DNA from: Prevotella sp.
GTDB lineage: Bacteria; Bacteroidota; Bacteroidia; Bacteroidales; Dysgonomonadaceae
DNA length: 64,000 nucleotides
Reading direction: 5' to 3'
Assembly: GCA_031285625.1 (NCBI GenBank)
Contig: JAITVV010000081.1
Span: forward strand, 1 to 64,000
The translations under genes and the position numbers were made by a program. The notes under the pieces are model-generated. The model had not been told where the DNA came from. It ran no database searches and saw nothing but the letters and a program-made list of their open reading frames with translations. Every line of letters starts with the position of its first letter. Positions within the stretch are counted from its first letter, which is position 1. Positions 17,930-27,740 of this stretch are shown here, piece after piece.

Positions 17930-19386
17930 ATTTCTTTTCTTAGTCGTGCCACAGGCAGGTTCATTTGTTCTCTATATTTTGCCACTGTACGTCTTGCAAT
18001 AATATATCCTTTATCTTTCAGTATTTCTGACAATTTATCGTCTGTTAAGGGTTTCTTTTTATCCTCATTCTCAATACATTCTTTAAGAATTGCTTTTACT
18101 TCGCGCGATGAAATTTCTTCACCCGTATCAGTCTGCATTGATTCTGAGAAAAAGTATTTCAATGGATACACTCCAAAATTCGTCTGCACATATTTGCTAT
18201 TACTTACCCGCGATATAGTAGAAATATCATAGCCCGTACGCTGGGCTACATCTTTCAGTATCATAGGTTTTAACTGAGCCTCATCTCCGGTAAGAAAGAA
18301 GTCATACTGCATATCTATAATAGCCTGCATAGTCCGTTGTAAAGTGTCCTGCCGCTGTTTGATCGCTTCAATAAACCAACGGGCAGAATCTAATTTTTGT
18401 TTCACAAACAAAACTGCATTCTTACTATCTGCCGACATACTTTCCTTATTATCAGAATATCCTTTCAGCATATCGGAATATTCGCGACTGACCCTCAAAT
18501 CGGGTATATTGCGATTGTTGAGACTTAAAAATAATTCTCCATTATAGGTCTCAACGGTGAAATCGGGAACAATAGTACTCAAAGTAATAGAAAGGGAATC
18601 ACCCCAGTTATTTCCCGGTTTAGGATTTAGGGTTGTTATTTCCTGAATTACTTCTTTTAGTCCTTGTTCGTCAATCCCCAGTTGTCTGATAATCTTATCA
18701 TAATGCCTTTTCGAAAATTCCTCAAAATAATCAGCAATTATTCGAATAGCTGCATCTACTATATTTGACTTTTCTTTTCTTTCGAGCTGTAATAACAAAC
18801 ATTCCTGTAAATTTCTGGCTGCGATTCCCGCCGGTTCAAAGTCCTGAATTGTCTTGAGAATTCTTTCCAGTTTCGATACAGGTACATCTATATTCTGCTG
18901 GAAGATAAGATCATCGGAGATAGCAGATAAAGAACGGTCTAAATAACCGCTTTCATCAATGTTTCCGATAATATACTCAGCTACTTTGTCATCTTCTTCA
19001 CTAAACTCACACTCTCCAAGTTGTTCCAAAAGATATTCATGAAGAGATGCTGCTACAGAAAATGGTATTTCATCCTGTTTGCCTGAGGCTTGTTTATTAT
19101 TACTACGAAGCTGATAATCCGGAATTTCATCCTCATTCATATAGTCACCCAAAGTGATATCTTCCTGCGTAATATTTGTATCGTCATCAGAAGTGTAATC
19201 ATCGTCATATTCTGATGAGCCGTCGAGAGGTTCAAGACCTTCATCAAGGGCAGGATTATCTTCAAGCTCTTGTTTTATGCGCTCCTCCAATTCCAGCACA
19301 GGTAATTCAGTTAACTTAATAACCTGCATTTGCAAAGGCGAAAGCTTTTGCTGCTGTTTTAACTGTAGTTGTTGTTTTAGAGCCAT
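17926..19386 (-). CDS. rpoN: RNA polymerase sigma-54 factor
   Basis: Q/L-rich region I, DISTISRV HTH, ARRTVAKYRE RpoN box. Confidence 0.96.
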   Translation of the reverse strand: MALKQQLQLKQQQKLSPLQMQVIKLTELPVLELEERIKQELEDNPALDEGLEPLDGSSEYDDDYTSDDDTNITQEDITLGDYMNEDEIPDYQLRSNNKQASGKQDEIPFSVAASLHEYLLEQLGECEFSEEDDKVAEYIIGNIDESGYLDRSLSAISDDLIFQQNIDVPVSKLERILKTIQDFEPAGIAARNLQECLLLQLERKEKSNIVDAAIRIIADYFEEFSKRHYDKIIRQLGIDEQGLKEVIQEITTLNPKPGNNWGDSLSITLSTIVPDFTVETYNGELFLSLNNRNIPDLRVSREYSDMLKGYSDNKESMSADSKNAVLFVKQKLDSARWFIEAIKQRQDTLQRTMQAIIDMQYDFFLTGDEAQLKPMILKDVAQRTGYDISTISRVSNSKYVQTNFGVYPLKYFFSESMQTDTGEEISSREVKAILKECIENEDKKKPLTDDKLSEILKDKGYIIARRTVAKYREQMNLPVARLRKEI

Positions 19387-19603
19387 AGATATCAAGTTCT
19401 TTCTATTGAAACAAATTTACATGAAATTTTACGAATTTCCGACAGACTAACAAAAATTGTTCCATAAACTTATTACTTCCATTATTTAGTAAGAGTTCTT
19501 TAACATTATAAAAAAACAGCTAACTTTGAATTATAATACAAACGATGTAACAAAATTACTATAAATAGGTTCAATATTAGAGCTATGAATATCTATAATC
19601 TTT

Positions 19604-19933
19604 ATGAAAATAACATATATACCTCTTATAATATGTTTCATACTATTGTTAGGATGCAATAATAAACATACAGTTACAAAACCTCAAATTCCTGCTGATA
19701 CTTTAGTTTCAGAAACTTCAGATAACTATAATAAGATAAACGAAAAAAATATAAATTTATTTACCTCTATTGTATGGAATAAGATCGAGTCTTTATCGAA
19801 GCATTTTGCCCTCTTCGTCAATAAGAAATATAACCAGCTCTCCATCAGGAAACAAAGGAGAGCACACCTTATAGCAATTATGGATAATCAGATCAAAAAA
19901 TGCAGACTCCTTTTCTGTAATGATCTCCCATAG
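19604..19933 (+). CDS. Possible truncated lipoprotein ORF overlapping the cbiD 3' end
   Basis: Lipobox MKITYIPLIICFILLLGC; the last 141 nt are antisense to cbiD. Confidence 0.35.
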   Translation: MKITYIPLIICFILLLGCNNKHTVTKPQIPADTLVSETSDNYNKINEKNINLFTSIVWNKIESLSKHFALFVNKKYNQLSIRKQRRAHLIAIMDNQIKKCRLLFCNDLP

Positions 19934-21616
19934 CTGGCGTGCCATGATCATTTCCGATATGCTTTTTATTGTATCCTCCGAACAATCCGATTGACGTGCC
20001 ATTTCCATCAGGAATTCCTTATTCATTACTATTTTCTTACTATGCGTCTCTAATGAACCTTCGGCCAACTTAACAGCCTTACCTATCATAATACCCAGTG
20101 TCAGTTTCTTGAAGCCGAGATCAGCAGCTATCTTTATTGTCTCCCCTATAAAGTTTCCATAATGGATAAATGCCTGAGAAGGCAGATCAGGATATTGCGC
20201 TTTCACATATCTTTCACTTTTTGCTCCTGAATTTATAACAACCCTTTCACAATTTAAAGCTTTTGCTACTTGCATTTCACGATGTATGGAAGCAACGAAA
20301 GCTTCGGATGAAAACGGTTTTACAATGCCCGAAGTTCCAATAATGGATATGCCACCCACAATGCCCAGCTTGGGATTGAATGTCTTTAAGGCTAGTTCCT
20401 CCCCATTAGGCACAGAGATAGTTATGTCCACTCCTGTTTTCAAATTCATACCCGGCAACCGATCCTGAAGATGACGAAAGACTTTAAACACCTCTCTTTT
20501 CATCATCATACGAGGGGTTTTGTTTATCGAAGGTTCACCTATAGCAGCATCCAATCCAGGTAAAGTTACCTTTCCAACGCCTTTTCCTTGTAAGAATCGA
20601 ACGCCTTTGTGACTGTTATTCAGACAGACAGTAGAAACAATCTCCTGCCCGTTTGTTATATCCGGATCATCTCCCGAATCTTTCAACACTGTACTGCTTA
20701 CTTTATTATCATCCACTCTTGTAGAATGAATCGGTATTCGAACCCACTCCCCATTTGGTAATGTAAGACTAACATCTGTCTGCTCTTCCCCTGTCAGTAA
20801 AGTTATCAAGGCTGCTTTAGTTGCAGCAGTAGCACACGTTCCGGTAGTATATCCGGTTTTCAATTCAAAAAAATCAGGCAAAAGCTTTTCTATTTGTTTT
20901 CTCAAACCATTTTCACCATAAACAGATATAAAAAATGGAGATAAAGTAGGACGTTTCACTACAAGAACAGGAATATTCAGTTTTTGTGCAGCCTTAATTT
21001 TCTCGTTGAACCCGCCCGATTCACCGCTTTCCTTAGTTATAATAGCTTTTGGCTTTAACTCTTCAAATAAAGGAGCTTCATCCTCTCCTTGATTATAGTA
21101 CAGTATCCGTTCAAAAGGAAATCCCTCCTTAGTTACGATTGATCGGGATTCTTCTCTGTCCAGAATACGAAACCAGCAAGTATGTTTTTCCCAATACGGC
21201 TTGAGTTTAGAAATAGTATTCACTCCTGTAAGAGCTAAAAGATTGTCAACCTTATTATTTTCAAGATATCCGATTGCATCATTGTAGGAATCGAACCACA
21301 GCAGATTATCTTCATGCTCGGAATAGTTGCGTTCAAGCCTGATTACAGGAATATTCAGATTATGAGAAACGGTTGCAATATTCTGATGTAATGCTTCAGC
21401 AAAAGGATGGGCTGCGTCTATTATCAATTTTATGTCTTCCTCTTTACAAAAGCTAACCATAGAATCCTGATCCATAGCACCTGTCAGACGAATACCATGT
21501 ACGGTTTCCACCTTTTGTAGATCGCCTTTGGTAGCATAATAGTAAGGCTTGGCGGCCTCATCACAAACCGAAATTGCCTTACGTCCTTCTGTTGTACCTC
21601 CAAATACCAGAATCAT
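19793..21616 (-). CDS. cbiD: Fused precorrin-6x reductase (CbiJ/CobK) - cobalt-precorrin-5B C1-methyltransferase (CbiD)
   Basis: N-terminal GGTTEGR, DAAHPFA, TKESG; C-terminal GYTTGTCA, KDSGDDPDIT, GGISIIGTSGIV. Confidence 0.92.
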   Translation of the reverse strand: MILVFGGTTEGRKAISVCDEAAKPYYYATKGDLQKVETVHGIRLTGAMDQDSMVSFCKEEDIKLIIDAAHPFAEALHQNIATVSHNLNIPVIRLERNYSEHEDNLLWFDSYNDAIGYLENNKVDNLLALTGVNTISKLKPYWEKHTCWFRILDREESRSIVTKEGFPFERILYYNQGEDEAPLFEELKPKAIITKESGESGGFNEKIKAAQKLNIPVLVVKRPTLSPFFISVYGENGLRKQIEKLLPDFFELKTGYTTGTCATAATKAALITLLTGEEQTDVSLTLPNGEWVRIPIHSTRVDDNKVSSTVLKDSGDDPDITNGQEIVSTVCLNNSHKGVRFLQGKGVGKVTLPGLDAAIGEPSINKTPRMMMKREVFKVFRHLQDRLPGMNLKTGVDITISVPNGEELALKTFNPKLGIVGGISIIGTSGIVKPFSSEAFVASIHREMQVAKALNCERVVINSGAKSERYVKAQYPDLPSQAFIHYGNFIGETIKIAADLGFKKLTLGIMIGKAVKLAEGSLETHSKKIVMNKEFLMEMARQSDCSEDTIKSISEMIMARQLWEIITEKESAFFDLIIHNCYKVCSPLFPDGELVIFLIDEEGKMLR

Positions 21617-22614
21617 AACACCTTATCTAAAAGTTCTTCAATCGTATGCACAAATATATCTTCCTCGTTTGGTTTACATATCCTTATATAATTACGCATT
21701 ATTTCTATATGGTGATCCGATTCTACTTTGCGCGATGCTCTTATGCCATTTCTAAGTAGTGCCTTTCTTATCATTGCATATTTAGGCCCGTGTCCTATAA
21801 GCTTTATCTCCATGCTATAATCACTCTCAATACGAAAGAGACCAGTATCCTGATCAAATATAATTCCCTTTCGGGCAAAGAAATTACTCAGGCTTCCGTT
21901 TAATGACAAGTCTTCGGGTGTACCTATACGTATTCCGGTATGTTTATCCATCAGCCATATTTTGTCGGCTATCTGCAATGCAAGTTCCAGATCATGAGTA
22001 GAAAGAAAAATCGTTTTATTGGTTTTACGCGACAGCTGATGCAATAGTTGCATAATCTCCACCTTACTTGGGAAATCAAGAAATGCAGTCGGCTCATCCA
22101 ACAGGATAATCGGGGTTTCCTGTGCAAGTGCTTTTGCAATCATCACTTTCTGACGTTCGCCATCGCTCAGGGTATGAATCATTCGTTGAGCCAGATCCTC
22201 TATCTTGACCAGTGAAATCGATTTGTCCACTATCTTCTCATCTTCTTTAGCAAGCTTTCCCCAGAAACCAGTATAAGGGCTTCGACCTAATCCGATAAGC
22301 TCACGGACAGTCATATTTTTTATATCGAATTTCTCAGTTAATACAACACTGACTAGCATCGACAGGCTTTTTTCGGTATAATTTCCGATCTCTTTCTCTT
22401 TAATATAAATATTACCTGCCAATTTCGGTTGAAAGGCCGACAAAGTCCTCAAAAGAGTAGACTTACCAATACCATTTACCCCCAACAAACAGGTCAACTC
22501 ACCACTGAATATGGAACAGTTTATATCTTCAGCAATAGCCTTCTTATTTCCTTTAGAAGTGTAGCCTATGGTAAGATTTTTTATATCTATCGTTTTCTCT
22601 CTCAAAAGTGACAC
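21613..22614 (-). CDS. Cobalamin/iron-chelate ABC transporter ATPase (BtuD-like)
   Basis: GVNGIGKS, LSDGERQK, LLDEPT. Confidence 0.9.
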   Translation of the reverse strand: MSLLREKTIDIKNLTIGYTSKGNKKAIAEDINCSIFSGELTCLLGVNGIGKSTLLRTLSAFQPKLAGNIYIKEKEIGNYTEKSLSMLVSVVLTEKFDIKNMTVRELIGLGRSPYTGFWGKLAKEDEKIVDKSISLVKIEDLAQRMIHTLSDGERQKVMIAKALAQETPIILLDEPTAFLDFPSKVEIMQLLHQLSRKTNKTIFLSTHDLELALQIADKIWLMDKHTGIRIGTPEDLSLNGSLSNFFARKGIIFDQDTGLFRIESDYSMEIKLIGHGPKYAMIRKALLRNGIRASRKVESDHHIEIMRNYIRICKPNEEDIFVHTIEELLDKVL

Positions 22615-22716
22615 TTTATATATTATATAATATTTTGTTTACAAGACATTTATTTTAAAAGGTGACAAAAGTTACAGTTTTCAGCGTGTTTTTATTGTTA
22701 CCTTTTTGCTCTTTCT

Positions 22717-22797
22717 TGTCATGCTGACGAAGGAAGCATCCTGACCCATATTTCAAGGAAACAAGCTAAGAGATTCTTCACTCCGTTCAGAATGACA
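22717..22797. repeat. REP-like palindromic doublet
   Basis: tgtcatgctgacgaaggaagcatc...gagattcttcactccgttcagaatgaca; the first ~34 bp recur inverted near 25061-25094. Confidence 0.75.
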
Positions 22798-22819
22798 TCG
22801 TCTATTATAGATAAATATC

Positions 22820-23854
22820 TCATTCACTTATTTCATTTTTACGTTTACCAAATAAAACAGAGATAACTATCGGTGCTCCGATAAGTGCTGTTACCGAATT
22901 GATAGGCAAGGCTCCTTCGAATCCCGGCAAACGCGCTATCAGGTTACATAACAAAGCTAATGAAGCCCCAGTCAACGTTACGGCAGGCATCAAAATACGA
23001 TGATCGGAAGACACAAATATAGTGCGGCACAAATGCGGCACTGCCAGTCCCAAAAAGACAATAGGTCCGCAATATGCTGTTACAATAGCTGTAATCACGC
23101 ATGAACAGGCTATTACGGACAGGCGTGCACGCTTAACATTCAACCCCAGATTACGTGCATACCCCTCTCCCAACAACATAAGATTTAATGTCTTGATAAG
23201 CAGGAACGATAATGGAATCAAAACTATCATGATACACACAAATGAATAGACCTGATTACCTGATACCTTCGAAAAACTACCTAATCCCCAGATAACATAT
23301 GCACGTACATCCTCATCGTTGCTAAAAAACTTGAGAACCCCGATAATAGCCGTAGCTATATAACCTATCATAACCCCGATAATAAGCAGAATGACATTTC
23401 CCCTTACCCGTTGAGATATAGCAATAATAATAGCCATAACAGCCATTGCTCCGGCTATGGCAGCTGCAGATATAGCAACTTCACCGAAAAAACCCAGTTT
23501 GCTGAGTGCTGTTCCTGCAATGCTTCCGGATAGGAGTATAATAAACGCGACTCCCAGACTAGCGCCCGAACTGATTCCTAATTCTGAAGGGCCAGCTAAT
23601 GGATTTCTAAAAACAGTTTGCATCTGTAATCCGCTAATAGATAGCCCTGCTCCGGCAAACAGGGCAGTAATCGTTTGAGGAAAACGTGATTTCCATATAA
23701 TATTTTGCCAGATTATGGATTCTTCTTCACCACCAAACAGGATATTCCAGATGGAACGTACAGGTATAGCAATTGTCCCCAAAATCAGGTTTAGCAGAAA
23801 AAATATTAGGATAGATATAAAAATCAGTGTCAGGAATAATATATATCGTTTCAT
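22820..23854 (-). CDS. Cobalamin/iron-chelate ABC permease (BtuC/FecCD-like)
   Basis: FRNPLAGP, ARNLG, GPIVFLGLAVPH motifs. Confidence 0.92.
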   Translation of the reverse strand: MKRYILFLTLIFISILIFFLLNLILGTIAIPVRSIWNILFGGEEESIIWQNIIWKSRFPQTITALFAGAGLSISGLQMQTVFRNPLAGPSELGISSGASLGVAFIILLSGSIAGTALSKLGFFGEVAISAAAIAGAMAVMAIIIAISQRVRGNVILLIIGVMIGYIATAIIGVLKFFSNDEDVRAYVIWGLGSFSKVSGNQVYSFVCIMIVLIPLSFLLIKTLNLMLLGEGYARNLGLNVKRARLSVIACSCVITAIVTAYCGPIVFLGLAVPHLCRTIFVSSDHRILMPAVTLTGASLALLCNLIARLPGFEGALPINSVTALIGAPIVISVLFGKRKNEISE

Positions 23855-25125
23855 CTTAGCAATTCATAATATACAGGTACATGTTCCGGTAATAAGTGAG
23901 GATGAAATATTTTGATAAGATCGGCTAATACCACTTCGGGTTCCACAGGTGTGTTCTCATAAAATGACTTTTCCCTCAGATTACAATAAATAAGCCTTTT
24001 ATTTTTAAAAGCAGAAAAATCAGCATACCGGGCATCACTTTGCTTTAATGCATCGTAGCTGAAAGTACCGTTGTGACTGTTTACCATTCGCCAGTAGTCT
24101 GCATTAGCCCCCTGAGAATACACTGTTTCGAAATCAACATAAAATCCACCCGATTCGTTGTCATTCTTCATAAAATAAGAGGCTCCCGCATCCCGGAACA
24201 ACTGCGCCAGGTAGCTGTTTCCTCCTACTACATACCAATTACCAGAATGTAGTTCCCCACTTAATACAGTCGGTCTTTGCGTTATAGATTCAGCTAAAGC
24301 CTTGAGGTCATTGTATTTGTGTTCTATTTCTTCAAATTGCTTGTTGGCCTGCTCTTCGATACCTAAAAGCATCGCAGTAAACTTAATCCACTCCGCCTGC
24401 CCCAGAGGGGAACTTTCTTTATATCCCAAAAAGCTAATCAAAGGAATATCCAGATTGCGTATCGATTCATATCCTCCACGTTTGAACGGGGAAACAAAAA
24501 TAACATCGGGATTAAGTGCCATGATTACTTCATTATCAAATTCACCTTCGATACCGATCCTGCTGGTTTTTCCGTTCTTTAATTGTTCATTCATTTGCTT
24601 ATTAAACAAAAACCGGGTACTGGTTATACCCACTACTTTATCTATTGCATTCAGCTTTATAAAATTAGATAGCTGAAGAGTAGTCATGCAGATAACACTG
24701 CGCACAGGAGTTTCTATTATCTGGTAACCTGATGGTACATCTGTTTTATCGGCACCTCTTTCTATTAATGCATAATGATATTCCAGATCGCTTTCTCCCG
24801 AAGGGTCGTGAATATCTATAAGCCTGTAATTCCCATGACTGGACACTTTAAATCCTTTAGCATATTTAATAGTAGTCGAATCAATGCCACTCGTTATGTT
24901 TTTTTCTGATTTCTTGTTGTTGCATGATGCAAAAGCTATTAGAATGGCAATGAAGTATAAATAATTGATAGGAATTATATTTCTTGTCATCCTGAGGAAC
25001 GAAGGATCTCTTCCCTTTTTTCCTTGACAACCAACGGTCACAGGAGCACAGCGTATGTAAATGGGTCGGGATGCTTCCTTCGTCAGCATGACAATATGTT
25101 TTTCAGAACTTGGTATATTTTTCAT
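23851..25125 (-). CDS. Cobalamin/iron-chelate ABC substrate-binding lipoprotein (BtuF-like)
   Basis: Lipobox FASC, ESSPLGQAEWIK; start at 25125 or at the repeat-derived ATG at 24990. Confidence 0.88.
   Translation of the reverse strand: MKNIPSSEKHIVMLTKEASRPIYIRCAPVTVGCQGKKGRDPSFLRMTRNIIPINYLYFIAILIAFASCNNKKSEKNITSGIDSTTIKYAKGFKVSSHGNYRLIDIHDPSGESDLEYHYALIERGADKTDVPSGYQIIETPVRSVICMTTLQLSNFIKLNAIDKVVGITSTRFLFNKQMNEQLKNGKTSRIGIEGEFDNEVIMALNPDVIFVSPFKRGGYESIRNLDIPLISFLGYKESSPLGQAEWIKFTAMLLGIEEQANKQFEEIEHKYNDLKALAESITQRPTVLSGELHSGNWYVVGGNSYLAQLFRDAGASYFMKNDNESGGFYVDFETVYSQGANADYWRMVNSHNGTFSYDALKQSDARYADFSAFKNKRLIYCNLREKSFYENTPVEPEVVLADLIKIFHPHLLPEHVPVYYELLR
24984..25094. repeat. 111-bp REP-like doublet inside the 5' end of the btuF-like ORF
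   Basis: ttgtcatcctgaggaacgaaggatctc...gggatgcttccttcgtcagcatgacaa. Confidence 0.8.
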
Positions 25126-25131
25126 ACAGAT

Positions 25132-25833
25132 TTATTTTATTATAATAAGGGAAAAGTATGGAAATTTACGAATGAGTATTTCGTTTTTGTCCTGTGTATA
25201 GAATTCTTTATCCGCAACACCGACATTTTCGAAATAATGGATTGTAATATCTTTTATATCCGATACCGCTTTTTTAATGACATCTTCACATAGGGAACCT
25301 TTCATTATTGCAAGAGTCTTGTTTTCGGATAATTTATCAGTCAGTTCCTCAAAAGAAATAATACCTGGGATTACATTCAATTCTTCTTCCTGTTTTACAA
25401 TATGCATATTAGCAAGCGCACCACAGGCTATAAAGGCAGGGATACCGGCTATCTGCCGTGTAGGTATATGTTGCCTCATCAGATTTTCTTCTATATAATA
25501 GCTTGACGAATAAAAACCTGCATGCCCTTCTGCCATAACTGCAATGTTACAACCTTTCTGATATTGTAATGTTATTTCATATGTAACGGCCTGATAACTG
25601 CTAATAGCAAGAGAGCGCTCTTTACTCATGGGCACATTGAATAGTTTCACCTTAGATTGGGCAATACCCAGATCTGATAATATATCCAATGCACGGGATG
25701 CCGTTTTGCCATTGGGCATAGAGGTAGCAGGACAAAATATAATATCCGCCTTTTGCAAAGCTTTCAACCCCTTAAGGGTTATCAGTTCGGGATCTCCCGG
25801 ACCTAAAGAAATAAATGTAACATGATCAGACAT
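25132..25833 (-). CDS. cbiL: Precorrin-2 C20-methyltransferase (CbiL/CobI-like)
   Basis: SLGPGDPELITLKG tetrapyrrole methylase motif; first gene after the B12 riboswitch. Confidence 0.8.
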   Translation of the reverse strand: MSDHVTFISLGPGDPELITLKGLKALQKADIIFCPATSMPNGKTASRALDILSDLGIAQSKVKLFNVPMSKERSLAISSYQAVTYEITLQYQKGCNIAVMAEGHAGFYSSSYYIEENLMRQHIPTRQIAGIPAFIACGALANMHIVKQEEELNVIPGIISFEELTDKLSENKTLAIMKGSLCEDVIKKAVSDIKDITIHYFENVGVADKEFYTQDKNEILIRKFPYFSLIIIK

Positions 25834-25950
25834 CTCAAACTCACTTTTTTAGAGTAACCAGATGCTTTTAGTGTAGGATTAAATAGACAACATTTTTAAG
25901 AGTAGTCAGTATAAGTATTAAGCCTAAACCTCGAGCTTTAACTAAAATAA

Positions 25951-26180
25951 TCTTGGCAGGTCTTCTGACTTACTCTATCTTTGAACGCCTTCCCATTTTA
26001 TTAGCCTTTAGCTTATAAAACAGTGGTATTTGGTTTTGTTCAAAGATTTTTCAGTAAAGCTGTTAACTGATGACTGTCAACTGCTCACTGAAAAGAGCTT
26101 ACAGCAGCGGGTCTGTTCAGGATTTACACCTGATTCCCTTTTCATCATTCATCCGATGCGGACTAATGACACCAAAATTT
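25951..26180 (-). promoter_or_regulatory. Cobalamin riboswitch
   Basis: Minus strand: TGGTG...AAAAGGGAATCAGGTGTAAATCCTGAACAGACCCGCTGCTGTAA...CCACTG...GGGAAGG...AGTCAGAAGACCTGCC; TATCTTTG promoter element at 26186-26193. Confidence 0.93.
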
Positions 26181-26224
26181 CAGGACAAAGATATGTAATT
26201 TATTAAAATAGTTGATACAGATAT

Positions 26225-27418
26225 TTAAGACTTTCCGATTTTAATCCATGTTAGCTTATGCCAGATTGTTTCAAATGGCCCATGCTTGAATCTAGTCAGC
26301 CACCATTTACAAAATTGAAGTTGTATAAAGAAGATTGCAATACCTATAAACAGGCTTAACGTATATCCAGTATATGGAGCAAGATATAAGCCAAATGGGA
26401 AATATATAAGTGCACCAAACATAGACTGGGTTATATAATTTGACAGGCTCATTTTGCCATAGACTTTTAAACTCGATGTCAGTTTCTGAAATTTATTTGT
26501 TTGGTATAATAGCACAAAAGAAGAAACCAGAACAAATGTGAAGGCAAATTTTTGCCACATATCAAGAACAACTCCAGCAGACTGCTTTATAATTTCTGAA
26601 TTTGCATTATCCAGCAGTTGTACCTTTAACCAATACAACGGATTAAATAATATAGCTGAAACGATAAGTACTTTTATCCAAAAGCGGATATTTTCTTTGG
26701 TAGAAATGAATAACCCTTTTCTTCCTATCAGCATACCAATCATAAACAGACCTGCCGTTTGAAAATAACGACCGGCACCGACTGCCCACATCAAACTGGC
26801 TTTCTGCCCTAATGTTACATTTCCTATAATAAATTTCCAAAAATTTCCTTCTTTCGTATATTCCGCCACTTCAGCATACATTTCGCCAACTCCCAGGTTA
26901 GGTAATGTATACGACGGATTAATAATACTTGCAATATAGTGGAACCACTCTACTGGCTGCAGTAATAAGATAATAGCAATTACAAATACCACTTTATTAC
27001 TCGATTTGCGTACGATAAAGAGGGTGATCCCAACTATAGCATACAACAATAAAACATCTCCGGCAGGAAAGAATGCAGCGTTAATCGTGGCAAAACCTGC
27101 CAGCAATAGCAAACGCCAAAGAAACCGATAACCAAAATCATCACCTTTCTGTTGCCTGTTATTGTATTGTATGAAAAACGTAAAGCCAAATAACAAAGCA
27201 AAAATGGAATAGGATTTTCCGGCAAACAACCCAAATATAACACCAAAGACACCCTGATCTAAAACATTGAGCCACTGTGGGCAATTTGCGGGATCGGGAT
27301 ATACCGGAAAAATAAAGTGTTCTATACTATGTACCACTAATATAGCCATTACAGCAAAACCACGGAGGGCATCTACTACTTCAATTCTTGGTCTTTTCTC
27401 AGAAAGGGATTGTTGCAT
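26225..27418 (-). CDS. DUF418 (YeiB-like) membrane protein
   Basis: DALRGFA, FALLFG, GDVL, GKMSLSNYITQS, GPFETIW. Confidence 0.88.
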   Translation of the reverse strand: MQQSLSEKRPRIEVVDALRGFAVMAILVVHSIEHFIFPVYPDPANCPQWLNVLDQGVFGVIFGLFAGKSYSIFALLFGFTFFIQYNNRQQKGDDFGYRFLWRLLLLAGFATINAAFFPAGDVLLLYAIVGITLFIVRKSSNKVVFVIAIILLLQPVEWFHYIASIINPSYTLPNLGVGEMYAEVAEYTKEGNFWKFIIGNVTLGQKASLMWAVGAGRYFQTAGLFMIGMLIGRKGLFISTKENIRFWIKVLIVSAILFNPLYWLKVQLLDNANSEIIKQSAGVVLDMWQKFAFTFVLVSSFVLLYQTNKFQKLTSSLKVYGKMSLSNYITQSMFGALIYFPFGLYLAPYTGYTLSLFIGIAIFFIQLQFCKWWLTRFKHGPFETIWHKLTWIKIGKS

Positions 27419-27570
27419 TTTCAAGTTGTATTAGAAATCAATGAGGTACAAAAATAGAGAAAACAAATTATCCTCCCGCCCATTTTGTTATTGTTAACAG
27501 ATAAGTTTTCATAATTGATAACCAAATCGTTGAATGAAAAAATATCATTCTATTTTGTATATTACTAAAG

Positions 27571-27720
27571 AGAGTGTGTCAAAAGTATTTTTCGCTATCT
27601 TTTTGTCATGTTGAACGGAGTGAAACATCTCATGTCCGGAGGGTCGAGATCCTTCGTTGCACTCGGGATGACAAAGAGGGTCGCACTTTGATAGTGCAGT
27701 TTTACTTTTGACACACCCTC
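27571..27720. mobile_element. MITE-like element copy 2 (inverted relative to copy 1)
   Basis: gtgtgtcaaaagta...tacttttgacacac; about 4 internal substitutions versus the reverse complement of 9726-9875. Confidence 0.8.
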
Positions 27721-27740
27721 CTGCTCTATTATGTATTCTT

